This document shows, piece after piece, positions 30,045 to 39,214 of a DNA stretch of 64,000 nt (the first letter of the stretch is position 1; each line of letters opens with the position of its first letter). Location: IMG/VR virus record IMGVR_UViG_3300030103_004875; one strand, given 5' to 3'. Source of the DNA: a virus. The notes beneath the pieces were generated by a model that did not search any database, had not been told where the DNA came from, and was given only the letters and a program-made list of their open reading frames with translations. A program made the translations under genes and the position numbers.

Positions 30045-30719
30045 ATGGAAACAATTTCCAAAATGATTGATGCAGCAATCTTAAAAGACAAGGATAATTT
30101 CCTTGATTCTTTTGGTCAAGAATTTCTCAATAGAGTCAACGAAAAAGTACAGAACATTCACCGTACAGTTTCAAAGAATCTCTTAAATCCCGAAGGTGTG
30201 GTAGTCGAACCTGATCTGGAAGAGAATGTAGAAGAACCCATTGATGAAGTAAACGAAACACTCCTTCGTCATGCAATTCCTACCATTTCTTTCCAGACCA
30301 TAGACGAAGCGAAAGTGGCAAGAAAAGAAATGGTAAATATGGGTATGTGTGAGGCCTGCATTACTCAGAGAGGTGAAAAACTTCACTTTGATGTAGAATC
30401 AATTGACGAAAATGTATGGCCTGATGTTTACTTCACTCTGAAAGAACTTTCAGAAGATACACACTATGATCCCTATCACGAATTTGCATACTTCATCAAG
30501 GAAGCACTCGAAGACGGTGAAGTTGAATTTGAACTAGCCGATGGTTCAACTGCTAGAATCACTAGCGAAATGGCTCAGCAGATCAGCAGAGTTCATGATG
30601 TCCTTAGCGGTAAGAATCAAGAAATCTTCCGTGATAACGCAACACTCAGCGAAGAGTCTTTCGAGCAAATGATGAACTTTGTTCAGGACGCAATCGAAAA
30701 AGAGGGAGAATCTGAATGA
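30045..30719 (+). CDS. Acidic prohead core-like protein (gp67/gp68 position)
   Basis: Between portal and protease; acidic composition. Confidence 0.55.
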   Translation: METISKMIDAAILKDKDNFLDSFGQEFLNRVNEKVQNIHRTVSKNLLNPEGVVVEPDLEENVEEPIDEVNETLLRHAIPTISFQTIDEAKVARKEMVNMGMCEACITQRGEKLHFDVESIDENVWPDVYFTLKELSEDTHYDPYHEFAYFIKEALEDGEVEFELADGSTARITSEMAQQISRVHDVLSGKNQEIFRDNATLSEESFEQMMNFVQDAIEKEGESE

Positions 30720-31003
30720 GCACAGCATCAGAAATACTCAAGCATGTAATGGATGAGAATCCAAAGGCAATAATGGACACACTTGATGTGGCATTATTTG
30801 ACAAAATCTCATCTAGAATCGAAGAGAAGAGAATGGAAGTTACTCGGAAGGTATACGGGGAAGCACTTGATCCTGTAGGGAAAGAGGATGGAGACATCGA
30901 TAATGACGGAGACGAAGACGAAACCGATAAGTATCTTCACAATAGAAGAAAAGCAATCGGTAAAGCCTTAAATAAAAAGAAAAAAGGTAAAGGTAAGAAA
31001 TGA
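30716..31003 (+). CDS. Small prohead core-like protein
   Basis: LDPVGKEDGDIDNDGDEDETDKYLHNRRKAI motif seen in marine T4-like head proteins. Confidence 0.6.
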   Translation: MSTASEILKHVMDENPKAIMDTLDVALFDKISSRIEEKRMEVTRKVYGEALDPVGKEDGDIDNDGDEDETDKYLHNRRKAIGKALNKKKKGKGKK

Positions 31004-31644
31004 AATTAATTACCGAGACAACAGAAGACGTTCGCCTCGTAACAGAGAAAACTGACGATGGTAAGAAAACTTACTTTATCGAAGGTGTCTTTATGCAGGC
31101 AGAAACCAAAAACCGAAATGGTAGAGTTTATCCTATGGGTATACTCGAAAAAGAAGTTAGACGATATTCGCAAGATTTAGTAGAGAAGAAAAGAGCACTT
31201 GGTGAACTCAACCATCCACAAGGTCCTACCGTAAACCTTGATAAAGTTTCTCATCTTATAACCGAACTAAATTTTAGAGGGAATGATTGCTACGGAAAGG
31301 CAAAAGTTCTTGATACCCCTATGGGTAAAATAGTAAAAAGTTTGATCGATGAAGGAGCACAACTTGGTGTTTCCTCTAGAGGAATGGGATCATTAAAGGA
31401 TATGGGCGGAATAAATGAAGTTCAACAGGACTTCATGCTTTCTGCTGTAGACATTGTAGCGGATCCATCAGCCCCCAGTGCGTTTGTTAACGGAATCATG
31501 GAAGGTGCGGAATGGGTGTGGGATAATGGTATTCTGAGAGAGAAAGAAATCTCAGATATGAAAAGACAAGTAGAAGAGTCTTCTCGGAATAACAGAGAAA
31601 AAACCGCTCTAGAACTATTCGAAAGATTCATGATGGGTCTTTGA
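31000..31644 (+). CDS. gp21: Prohead protease
   Basis: KNRNGRVYP, ALGELNHP, GVSSRGMGS, DIVADPSAP. Confidence 0.97.
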   Translation: MKLITETTEDVRLVTEKTDDGKKTYFIEGVFMQAETKNRNGRVYPMGILEKEVRRYSQDLVEKKRALGELNHPQGPTVNLDKVSHLITELNFRGNDCYGKAKVLDTPMGKIVKSLIDEGAQLGVSSRGMGSLKDMGGINEVQQDFMLSAVDIVADPSAPSAFVNGIMEGAEWVWDNGILREKEISDMKRQVEESSRNNREKTALELFERFMMGL

Positions 31645-31676
31645 AAAACTGTCCACACTGTTAAAAAAAACAAATT

Positions 31677-31684
31677 TATAAATA
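31677..31684 (+). promoter_or_regulatory. T4-type late promoter TATAAATA
   Basis: Exact consensus, intergenic, upstream of gp22-gp23. Confidence 0.8.
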
Positions 31685-31713
31685 ATATACAAACCTCGGA
31701 GGTTAAGACTAAG

Positions 31714-32670
31714 ATGGATACAGCAACCAAAACAACAAACAAAGATTTCAGCAGCCCTGATCTCTACAAAGACGCATCAGGAAAAGGTGCCATGATTGCA
31801 AAACCAACCGCAACAAGTGCGGATGCAAATAGAACCTCAGTCGCTCCTAAGCCATCTGACGCTTCGCCTGAAGTTCAAACTCCAGAAGGAGTCGTAGCAC
31901 CTGTACCCTTCAGAGAGCACATGGAAACTCTATTCGACGGCGAAAATCTAACAGAAGACTTCATGACTAAGGCAGAAGTCGTTTTTGAAGCCGCTGTAGG
32001 AGAAAGAGTTAGTGTACTTGAAGAGGAACTTAAGGCTGCTGTTGCCGAAAGTTATGAAGAAGAACTAGAATCGTTCAAGGGTGAACTCGTAGAGAGAATT
32101 GATGACTACCTCAACTACGTCGTGGAAGAGTGGATGCAAGAGAATGAACTCGCAGTTGAAACTGGAGTTCGTTCTGAAGTTGCAGAGTCATTCATCGAAG
32201 GACTCAAGAACCTCTTTGAAACTAACTACATCGACATCCCAGAAGAGAGAGTTGACATACTTGAAAAACTCGTCAACGAGAACGAAGAAGTTAACGATCA
32301 ACTCAACGAAGCAATCAACACTAACATAGAACTCTCCAAGGACCTTCTTGGTTACCAAAAGGCAGAACTATTCTCTGAAGTTGCAAATGATTTGAGTGAT
32401 GTGCAAATTGATCGATTTGCATCCTTAGCAGAGGGTATTGAATTTGAAAGTGCAGAACAATTTGCTGATAAACTAGTAGTTCTTAAGGAAAGTTACTTTG
32501 GAACCGGAGAACCAGCAACACAAGAAGAAGAAGAAGTTGCCGCAACTTCAGTTAGAGCCGCTACTACTTTAAACGAAACCTCTGAAATTAAGAGCCCTAT
32601 GGATCTGTATGTTAACACACTGTCCAGACAGTCCTCGCAGAGAAAACTTTACGATAAAAACACCAAATGA
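31714..32670 (+). CDS. gp22: Prohead scaffold protein
   Basis: YLNYVVEEWMQENELAV, FIEGLKNLF motifs. Confidence 0.95.
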   Translation: MDTATKTTNKDFSSPDLYKDASGKGAMIAKPTATSADANRTSVAPKPSDASPEVQTPEGVVAPVPFREHMETLFDGENLTEDFMTKAEVVFEAAVGERVSVLEEELKAAVAESYEEELESFKGELVERIDDYLNYVVEEWMQENELAVETGVRSEVAESFIEGLKNLFETNYIDIPEERVDILEKLVNENEEVNDQLNEAINTNIELSKDLLGYQKAELFSEVANDLSDVQIDRFASLAEGIEFESAEQFADKLVVLKESYFGTGEPATQEEEEVAATSVRAATTLNETSEIKSPMDLYVNTLSRQSSQRKLYDKNTK

Positions 32671-32697
32671 CCAACCAGATAAACCAAGGAGATACAC

Positions 32698-34191
32698 ATG
32701 TTATCTGAATTCGAACTCATGAACACACAACCATATGACCAGTTGGTCGAAAAGTGGGGACCTGTTCTTAATCACGACGAATTCGGCGGCTTCGAAGATA
32801 GCTACCGAAAGAAAGTTACCGCATCACTTCTTGAAAACCAAGAGCGTGCAATGCAACAACAATACCTTACAGAAACCTCACCAACTAACGCCCTCGGCGC
32901 TGGTGCGTTTGGTTACGACACAGGTGCTTCCAACTTAGACACTGGTACACCAGTTTCTCGCTCAACCGGAATTGCTGGTTACGATCCAGTTCTCATTAGT
33001 CTCGTCCGCCGTGCTATGCCAAACCTTCTTGCGTATGACATTGCCGGTGTTCAGCCAATGAGCGCACCAACCGGACTCATCTTTGCGCTTCGTGCTAATT
33101 ACACAAGCCAAACTGATGATCGTGGTAGTGGTGTTGGTGAAGCACTCTTCCAAGAGCCTTACCCACCATTCTCCGGTAACGGTTTCACTTCTGGAGCAAT
33201 CGAAGGAACCACAAGCGGTGGACCTGCTGCTTTCTCTGCAACTGGTGGCGTCGATCCTGACGGTGCGGCCGCTCGCGGTATCACATCTGGTGGTACATTC
33301 CGTGCATCCGTCTTCAATGACAATTTCAGAGCAATGCTCACTGGAACTGCTGAAGGCCTCGGTGGCAGTGGAAACGAAACATTCAGTCAGATGGCATTCA
33401 CCATCGACAGAATCGCCGTTGAAGCTCGTACCAGAGCACTCAAGGCTGAATACAGCACAGAACTTGCTCAGGACCTCAAGGCTGTTCACGGACTCGACGC
33501 AGAGACTGAACTTGCTAACATCCTAAGCACCGAAGTTCTTGCTGAAATCAACCGAGAACTCATCCGTCTTCTCTACTTCAAGGCTAAGAGTGGTGCTCAA
33601 CAGGGTGATCTCACCGACGCAGGTATCTACAACCTCGACACAGACTCTGACGGACGTTGGAGTGCTGAACGATTCCGTGGACTCATGTTCCAAATCGAAC
33701 GTGAGTGCAACACAATCGCTAAGGAAACTCGTCGCGGTAAGGGTAACTTCATCGTAGTTTCTTCTGATGTTGCTTCTGCCCTTGCAATGGGTGGATTCCT
33801 CAACATCTCACCAGCACTCAATGTCCAACTCGACGTTGATGATACTGGTAGAACCTTCGCAGGTGTCCTTAATGGTAGAATCAAGGTTTACATTGATCCC
33901 TACCTTGCAACTAACGTGAACACAGTTCTCGTCGGTTATAAGGGTACATCACCATACGACGCTGGTATGTTCTACTGCCCATACGTTCCACTCCAGATGG
34001 TTCGTGCAGTTGGTGAGAACACCTTCCAGCCTAAGATCGGATTCAAGACCCGATACGGTATGGTTGCAAACCCATTCGTCGGGGGTTCGGATGCGTCTGC
34101 TCGTGACTTCACTACGGGCGGATCTTCTAGTGCTGGTAACCAGTACTACAGACTGTTCAAGGTTGATAACATTCACGGAACAATGACTTGA
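32698..34191 (+). CDS. gp23: Major capsid protein
   Basis: GVQPMSAPTGLIFA, AQDLKAVHGLDAETEL, FQPKIGFKTRYG; strong codon bias. Confidence 0.99.
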   Translation: MLSEFELMNTQPYDQLVEKWGPVLNHDEFGGFEDSYRKKVTASLLENQERAMQQQYLTETSPTNALGAGAFGYDTGASNLDTGTPVSRSTGIAGYDPVLISLVRRAMPNLLAYDIAGVQPMSAPTGLIFALRANYTSQTDDRGSGVGEALFQEPYPPFSGNGFTSGAIEGTTSGGPAAFSATGGVDPDGAAARGITSGGTFRASVFNDNFRAMLTGTAEGLGGSGNETFSQMAFTIDRIAVEARTRALKAEYSTELAQDLKAVHGLDAETELANILSTEVLAEINRELIRLLYFKAKSGAQQGDLTDAGIYNLDTDSDGRWSAERFRGLMFQIERECNTIAKETRRGKGNFIVVSSDVASALAMGGFLNISPALNVQLDVDDTGRTFAGVLNGRIKVYIDPYLATNVNTVLVGYKGTSPYDAGMFYCPYVPLQMVRAVGENTFQPKIGFKTRYGMVANPFVGGSDASARDFTTGGSSSAGNQYYRLFKVDNIHGTMT

Positions 34192-34221
34192 CTTCCTGAT
34201 AATATCAAATAAGGTTAGAAG

Positions 34222-34252
34222 AACGGGGGATCTTACGATCCCCCGTTTTTTT
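34222..34252 (+). terminator. Rho-independent terminator after gp23
   Basis: AACGGGGGATC-TTAC-GATCCCCCGTT hairpin running into a T tract. Confidence 0.9.
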
Positions 34253-34253
34253 A

Positions 34254-34261
34254 TATACATA
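34254..34261 (+). promoter_or_regulatory. Putative late promoter variant TATACATA
   Basis: Immediately after the terminator and 5 nt before the gp3 ATG. Confidence 0.55.
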
Positions 34262-34266
34262 GTAGT

Positions 34267-34851
34267 ATGGCCGGAGAAACTGCTTCAATCCCAGACATTA
34301 CCTACAGATCCTACGGTATAACATCCGGAGGAACTGCGGGATTACCACAGGATGATAATCTTCTAAATCGTAATTACTTTAGATTCACCATCCAAAGAAT
34401 ACCAAATTTTGAAAGATTTGTAAGAAGCGTATTAGTGCCACCATTTAGATTTGGTGAACTTGTTCAACCAACAACACTGAATTTGGATATAAAATTGGCA
34501 GGAGGTAGTTTTGACTTTTTACCTCTTCAAGTAGGATTTGTTCTAGATGAGAGATTCTTATCTTACATCGAATTATATAATTGGATGACTTCTATTGGTA
34601 TGTTCAAGAATGATACGACAATTGAGAGAGAAGCTATAACATCTGATGCAACATTGCTAGTAACAAACAGTGCATATAGACCCCAATACAGAATTGTTTT
34701 CAAGGATCTATATCCGATAGCACTAGGGGAATTGGATTTCACTTCGGCAGAACCAATATCCTCACCTCTGATATCTAATGTAACTTTTAACTATACTCGA
34801 TTCGAAATATATAATGCAAATGGAAACTTATGTGATAACCTATTGGGATAA
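34267..34851 (+). CDS. gp3: Tail completion/tube terminator protein
   Basis: FRFTIQRIPN, YIELYNWM, SDATL, FKDLYPIAL; synteny. Confidence 0.85.
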   Translation: MAGETASIPDITYRSYGITSGGTAGLPQDDNLLNRNYFRFTIQRIPNFERFVRSVLVPPFRFGELVQPTTLNLDIKLAGGSFDFLPLQVGFVLDERFLSYIELYNWMTSIGMFKNDTTIEREAITSDATLLVTNSAYRPQYRIVFKDLYPIALGELDFTSAEPISSPLISNVTFNYTRFEIYNANGNLCDNLLG

Positions 34852-34857
34852 CAGTGA

Positions 34858-35292
34858 ATGAACTTAAGTGATTATCAAAATTATGCAAAAAATGATCTTA
34901 TACTCGATGAAACTCAACTAGACACAGAATCTTTAAAAACACCTCAACTCCATTCAAAATACTTAAATTTTTTGATGGATGAAAAACTTAGATTAACTAA
35001 ACTTCAACATGAGTATAAGGTGATTCGAAGAAAGAAGTGGCTGTACTATACAGGTAAAATGTCTCAGGAAGAACTAGAAGAAGAGGACTGGGAACCATTC
35101 GAACTTACAATACTGAAAACGGATTTGGATAAATTTTTAGATTCCGACGAGGATCTACAATTAATTGACATGCGTATGAAATATAAAGAAACTATTGTTG
35201 ATTATCTAAACGAAATCATAAAAGTAATTAACAATAGACAGTGGAACATACGTTCTGCCATAGACTGGCTGAAATTTACGAATGGACAATGA
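34858..35292 (+). CDS. uvsY: Recombination mediator
   Basis: ESLKTPQLHSKYL, KWLYYTGK, AIDWLKF. Confidence 0.93.
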   Translation: MNLSDYQNYAKNDLILDETQLDTESLKTPQLHSKYLNFLMDEKLRLTKLQHEYKVIRRKKWLYYTGKMSQEELEEEDWEPFELTILKTDLDKFLDSDEDLQLIDMRMKYKETIVDYLNEIIKVINNRQWNIRSAIDWLKFTNGQ

Positions 35293-36803
35293 TGAGTGAT
35301 CTGATCATACGACAAATAGATGCCGTACATCTAAAAATAGAAAGTGAAAAATCAATAGCAAAAGAACTCAGTGATTTTTTCACATTCTATGTTCCGAATT
35401 ATCAGTACACCCCAGCATTTAAGAATAAATATTGGGATGGTCAGATAAGACTATTCAATTTATTCAATCGCACAATATATGTCGGACTTAAAGATTACAT
35501 TCAAAAATTCTGTGATGATAGAAATTACTCATACACATTCACAGAAGAAAAAGAAATGGCTCAATGTGATGATGCAGAGGACTTCATAAACACACTGAGT
35601 CTAACTGCCAATGGTAAACCCATAAAGATTCATGATCACCAAAAAAAGGCTTTTCTTGATTCTCTGGTAAAGAAAAGAACTTTACTCATATCTCCCACGG
35701 GTTCAGGTAAGTCTCTAATAATTTATTGCCTAGTTCGCTATCTTCTTAGATGTACAGAGGGTAAAATTTTAGTAGTTGTCCCCACAACTAATCTTGTAAA
35801 TCAAATGAGGTCCGATTTCGAAGACTACGGGTCAAATGACTCGTTCAATATTTCAGACGAAATCCATACCATATTTTCTGGACAGGAAAAACAAACAGAC
35901 AGAAGAGTGGTAATTTCAACGTGGCAGAGTTTATATACACTTCCAGAATCATACTTTGATCAATTCGAATCTGTGTTTGGAGATGAGTGTCATTTATTCA
36001 AAGCCAAATCATTGTCTGGGCTGATGGAAAAGATGAAGAACGCATACTACCGATTTGGCACAACGGGAACATTAGATGACTCAAAAACACACAAGTTGGT
36101 AATCGAAGGACTATTTGGTCCTGCGGTCAAAGTGACATCAACCACAGAGTTGATGAAAAAGAAAATTCTATCTAAACTAAAAATTCACTGCCTTACCCTG
36201 AAACACAATGAAGAATCTTGTAATGAAATGAAGAGAAAGAAGTATCAGGAAGAGATAGATTGGTTGGTTCAGAATAAGGACAGAAACCAGTTTATAGTAG
36301 ATTTGGCAAAAAAGTTAAACGGAAATACTTTGATACTTTTCAATTTTGTCAATAAGCATGGCATTCCTCTGAATGAATTAATGGAAACTCAGATCACAGA
36401 CAGACCCATATACATGATTCATGGTAAAACTGACGTAGATGAAAGAGAGATGATTCGTAAGGTTGTTGATAAAAATAAGACATCCATTTTACTGGCATCA
36501 TATGGTACATGTTCCACGGGAATCAATATTCGCAATATTCACAACATTATCTTTGCTTCACCGTCCAAATCCGTAATTCGAGTCCTCCAATCGATTGGAA
36601 GAGGTTTAAGGACTTCTGAGGGTAAAAATAAAGCAATTGTCTATGACATATCAGATAATTTATCGTATAAAAAGTACACAAACCATACGATGAATCATCT
36701 GGAGGAGAGAATCAAAATATATACTAATGAGAAGTTTGATTATGATATTTCTAACATCCGCTTAGGAGGACCTCTCGATGAAAACAACGTACAGAGTCAT
36801 TAA
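35289..36803 (+). CDS. uvsW: SF2 DNA helicase
   Basis: SPTGSGKS, DECH, QSIGRGLR; likely start at ATG 35289 or 35292. Confidence 0.96.
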   Translation: MMSDLIIRQIDAVHLKIESEKSIAKELSDFFTFYVPNYQYTPAFKNKYWDGQIRLFNLFNRTIYVGLKDYIQKFCDDRNYSYTFTEEKEMAQCDDAEDFINTLSLTANGKPIKIHDHQKKAFLDSLVKKRTLLISPTGSGKSLIIYCLVRYLLRCTEGKILVVVPTTNLVNQMRSDFEDYGSNDSFNISDEIHTIFSGQEKQTDRRVVISTWQSLYTLPESYFDQFESVFGDECHLFKAKSLSGLMEKMKNAYYRFGTTGTLDDSKTHKLVIEGLFGPAVKVTSTTELMKKKILSKLKIHCLTLKHNEESCNEMKRKKYQEEIDWLVQNKDRNQFIVDLAKKLNGNTLILFNFVNKHGIPLNELMETQITDRPIYMIHGKTDVDEREMIRKVVDKNKTSILLASYGTCSTGINIRNIHNIIFASPSKSVIRVLQSIGRGLRTSEGKNKAIVYDISDNLSYKKYTNHTMNHLEERIKIYTNEKFDYDISNIRLGGPLDENNVQSH

Positions 36804-37515
36804 GTTAAATAGCGGAGAAGAGATAATAGCCAAAATAAAGGGGGAAATCGAAGGCAATATGCTGATCGAAAGACCTATGATTTTCAAGTCATCTGCGGCA
36901 TTTGATGGATTTGGTAATCAAAAGGAAGTGACTTACTTGAGAAACTGGCTATCCTTTTCTAATCAGATAGAGACTAAAATTTCAAAGAATAATATCCTAA
37001 CAGTTCTTGAACCAGATTCTCATGTCATATCTTTATATGACAAAGAAAAAGAACGAGAGGATACCAAGCCGGACAATCCAACATTAGGTCCTATGAAATT
37101 GAATCCAATGAATAAAAAGAACTTGGAAGATTTTATGGATGAATTGGAAGATATGGTTGATCCTAATCTAAATGAAGATATGGATCCCGATATGGAACCA
37201 GAGGAGTACCTGAAAAAAATGGGATTTGATCCGGATCAATTATCCAATATCATGGATCAATTTTTCGGTTCTGATAATGAAGCCATAAATGAAAAGGAAT
37301 TGGTAAATCTCAATATATCTTTTGATGCCAAAATATTGAAAACGCTAGTTGATAATGATATAATACCACCAGAGTACCTTTTACGGTTAATTGATAAATT
37401 CGAAAACGGAAAAAGTATTAGTGATGAATTTACTGGAGACGAAAAAGATCGGGAAGATTTTGGTAACAAGTGGACTGATTGGAATCAGAATCCTGACAGC
37501 GAAGACTACCAATGA
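36778..37515 (+). CDS. Hypothetical protein of the type found upstream of gp55 (KLNSGEEII N-terminus, acidic tail)
   Basis: GGAGG RBS; N-terminal motif typical of the uvsW-gp55 intervening gene. Confidence 0.7.
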   Translation: MKTTYRVIKLNSGEEIIAKIKGEIEGNMLIERPMIFKSSAAFDGFGNQKEVTYLRNWLSFSNQIETKISKNNILTVLEPDSHVISLYDKEKEREDTKPDNPTLGPMKLNPMNKKNLEDFMDELEDMVDPNLNEDMDPDMEPEEYLKKMGFDPDQLSNIMDQFFGSDNEAINEKELVNLNISFDAKILKTLVDNDIIPPEYLLRLIDKFENGKSISDEFTGDEKDREDFGNKWTDWNQNPDSEDYQ

Positions 37516-37566
37516 CTCACTAGGCCCTAGGCCTTACACTATTCCTTATGCTCCCGGACACAGAGG

Positions 37567-37595
37567 ATTTTAAACGCACCCCTAATTTTTGTCAA
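37567..37595 (-). promoter_or_regulatory. Divergent sigma70-type promoter (TTGACA-N17-TAAAAT)
   Basis: Reverse complement of TGTCAA (37590-95) and ATTTTA (37567-72). Confidence 0.5.
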
Positions 37596-37612
37596 GTAAA
37601 AACTTGACAAAA
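37587..37612. repeat. 11-bp perfect inverted repeat TTTTGTCAAGT-AAAA-ACTTGACAAAA
   Basis: Read directly; contains both -35 boxes. Confidence 0.85.
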
Positions 37613-37631
37613 TAAAATACGAGTATAAAAT
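37604..37631 (+). promoter_or_regulatory. sigma70-type promoter for gp55 (TTGACA-N16-TAAAAT)
   Basis: -10 ends 6 nt before the ATG; no SD sequence. Confidence 0.7.
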
Positions 37632-37637
37632 ATTAGC

Positions 37638-38144
37638 ATGAGTGATAACCATTATGTAGATAATAAAGAATTCCTAAAGGCTATGAGCGAATGGTTGGTT
37701 CTTGTAAAAGAAGCCAACGAAATGGATGAAAAGCGTCCTCCATTAACGAATTACATAGCAGAGTGTTTTCTTAAGATAGCAGAAAATCTTTCTCGTAAAG
37801 GAAACTTTATAAAGTATCCATATAGAGATGAGATGATTGGAGATGCAATTGAAAACTGTATATTGTACGCTCACAATTTTAACCCAGAAAAATCATCAAA
37901 CCCTTTCTCATATTTCACTCAAATAATATATTTTGCTTTTCTTCGAAGAATAGAAAAAGAGAAGAAACAACTTTATATTAAGTATAAGTTAGCTGAAGAA
38001 AAGGATATTGATGGAACTTTACATAAATGGTTCAAAGAAAATTATTTTGAAAAAGATAGTGAAAAAGAAGCCATGAAAGAACATTTTCAATTAAATGATA
38101 ATGACTTGACAAAATTTAAGGGTAACAAAAAGAAGACAAAATGA
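37638..38144 (+). CDS. gp55: Late-transcription sigma factor
   Basis: HYVDNKEFL, NFNPEKSSNPFSYFTQIIYFAFLRRIEKEKKQ. Confidence 0.97.
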   Translation: MSDNHYVDNKEFLKAMSEWLVLVKEANEMDEKRPPLTNYIAECFLKIAENLSRKGNFIKYPYRDEMIGDAIENCILYAHNFNPEKSSNPFSYFTQIIYFAFLRRIEKEKKQLYIKYKLAEEKDIDGTLHKWFKENYFEKDSEKEAMKEHFQLNDNDLTKFKGNKKKTK

Positions 38145-39214
38145 AAATCGCTTTAATTAACGACACTCATTTCGGTGCCAGAAATGATTCTCCAGTATTT
38201 TTGGATCATTTTATATCTTTCTTTGAGGACAAGTTCTTTCCGTATTGTGAAGAACATAACATAGACACTGTAATACATCTGGGCGATTTCTTCGACAGAA
38301 GAAAGTTTATAAATTTCAATACTCTTAACAAGACTAGATCCCAGATCATAGATGTTTTCGATGAGAAGAAAATTAATCTTCATATACTGCTGGGTAATCA
38401 CGATACTTATTATAAAAATACCAATAAAATAAACTCACTCACAGAAATCATTGGTAACAAGTATGATAATATAAAAATTTATAATGAACCCGAAGTTTTA
38501 GAAATGGACGGGTTGTGTATAGGTATTGTTCCTTGGATAAACGCAGAAAACCACGACGAATCAATTGAGTTTTTGAATAATTGTAAGTGTCCAATTATCA
38601 TGGGGCATTTTGAATTAAATGGTTATGAAGTAATGAAAGGCGTTAAGTTTGATGGAGGAATGTCAGATGCTCCATTAAAAAGATTCGAAATGGTTTTGTC
38701 TGGGCATTTTCATGGTAAAAGTTCTAAAAATAATGTAGTATATCTTGGAACTCAGTATGAAATAACTTTTGGTGATATTCACGAACAGAGGGGGTTTCAT
38801 ATATTAGACACCTCGACCCGAGAACTAAAATTTGTTCCAAATACAGATAGGATGTTCTATACGTTAGAGTACAATGACACTGATCAAGAAAATACGGAAT
38901 CTCTTATAAATAGTATAGACGAATCTTTTCGGGATAAGTATGTAAAAATAGTTGTAGTGAATAGAGATAAGCATCATTTATTTGACTCATTGATTGAAAA
39001 ATTGTATGAAGTAAACGTATCTGATGTTTCGGTGATAGAAGATTATAGAGAAATTTTTAATGATGAAGAAGACGTAGATTTAGCACAAGATACATTAACC
39101 ATTATAAACTCTGAATTGGAGAGTTTGGATGTGGATGATGTTGATTTGGATGCACTTAAAAAAATTATGAGAACCTTGTATATGGAGAGTTTATCAGATG
39201 ACAGACACAGTTGA
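38141..39214 (+). CDS. gp47: Recombination endonuclease subunit (Mre11/SbcD-like)
   Basis: DTHFG, GDFFD, GNHD, SGHFH phosphoesterase motifs. Confidence 0.96.
   Translation: MKIALINDTHFGARNDSPVFLDHFISFFEDKFFPYCEEHNIDTVIHLGDFFDRRKFINFNTLNKTRSQIIDVFDEKKINLHILLGNHDTYYKNTNKINSLTEIIGNKYDNIKIYNEPEVLEMDGLCIGIVPWINAENHDESIEFLNNCKCPIIMGHFELNGYEVMKGVKFDGGMSDAPLKRFEMVLSGHFHGKSSKNNVVYLGTQYEITFGDIHEQRGFHILDTSTRELKFVPNTDRMFYTLEYNDTDQENTESLINSIDESFRDKYVKIVVVNRDKHHLFDSLIEKLYEVNVSDVSVIEDYREIFNDEEDVDLAQDTLTIINSELESLDVDDVDLDALKKIMRTLYMESLSDDRHS

Noticed and set aside
32735-34260. Overlapping and antisense ORFs across gp23
   Set aside because: Shadow ORFs from strong codon bias; no RBS or recognisable products
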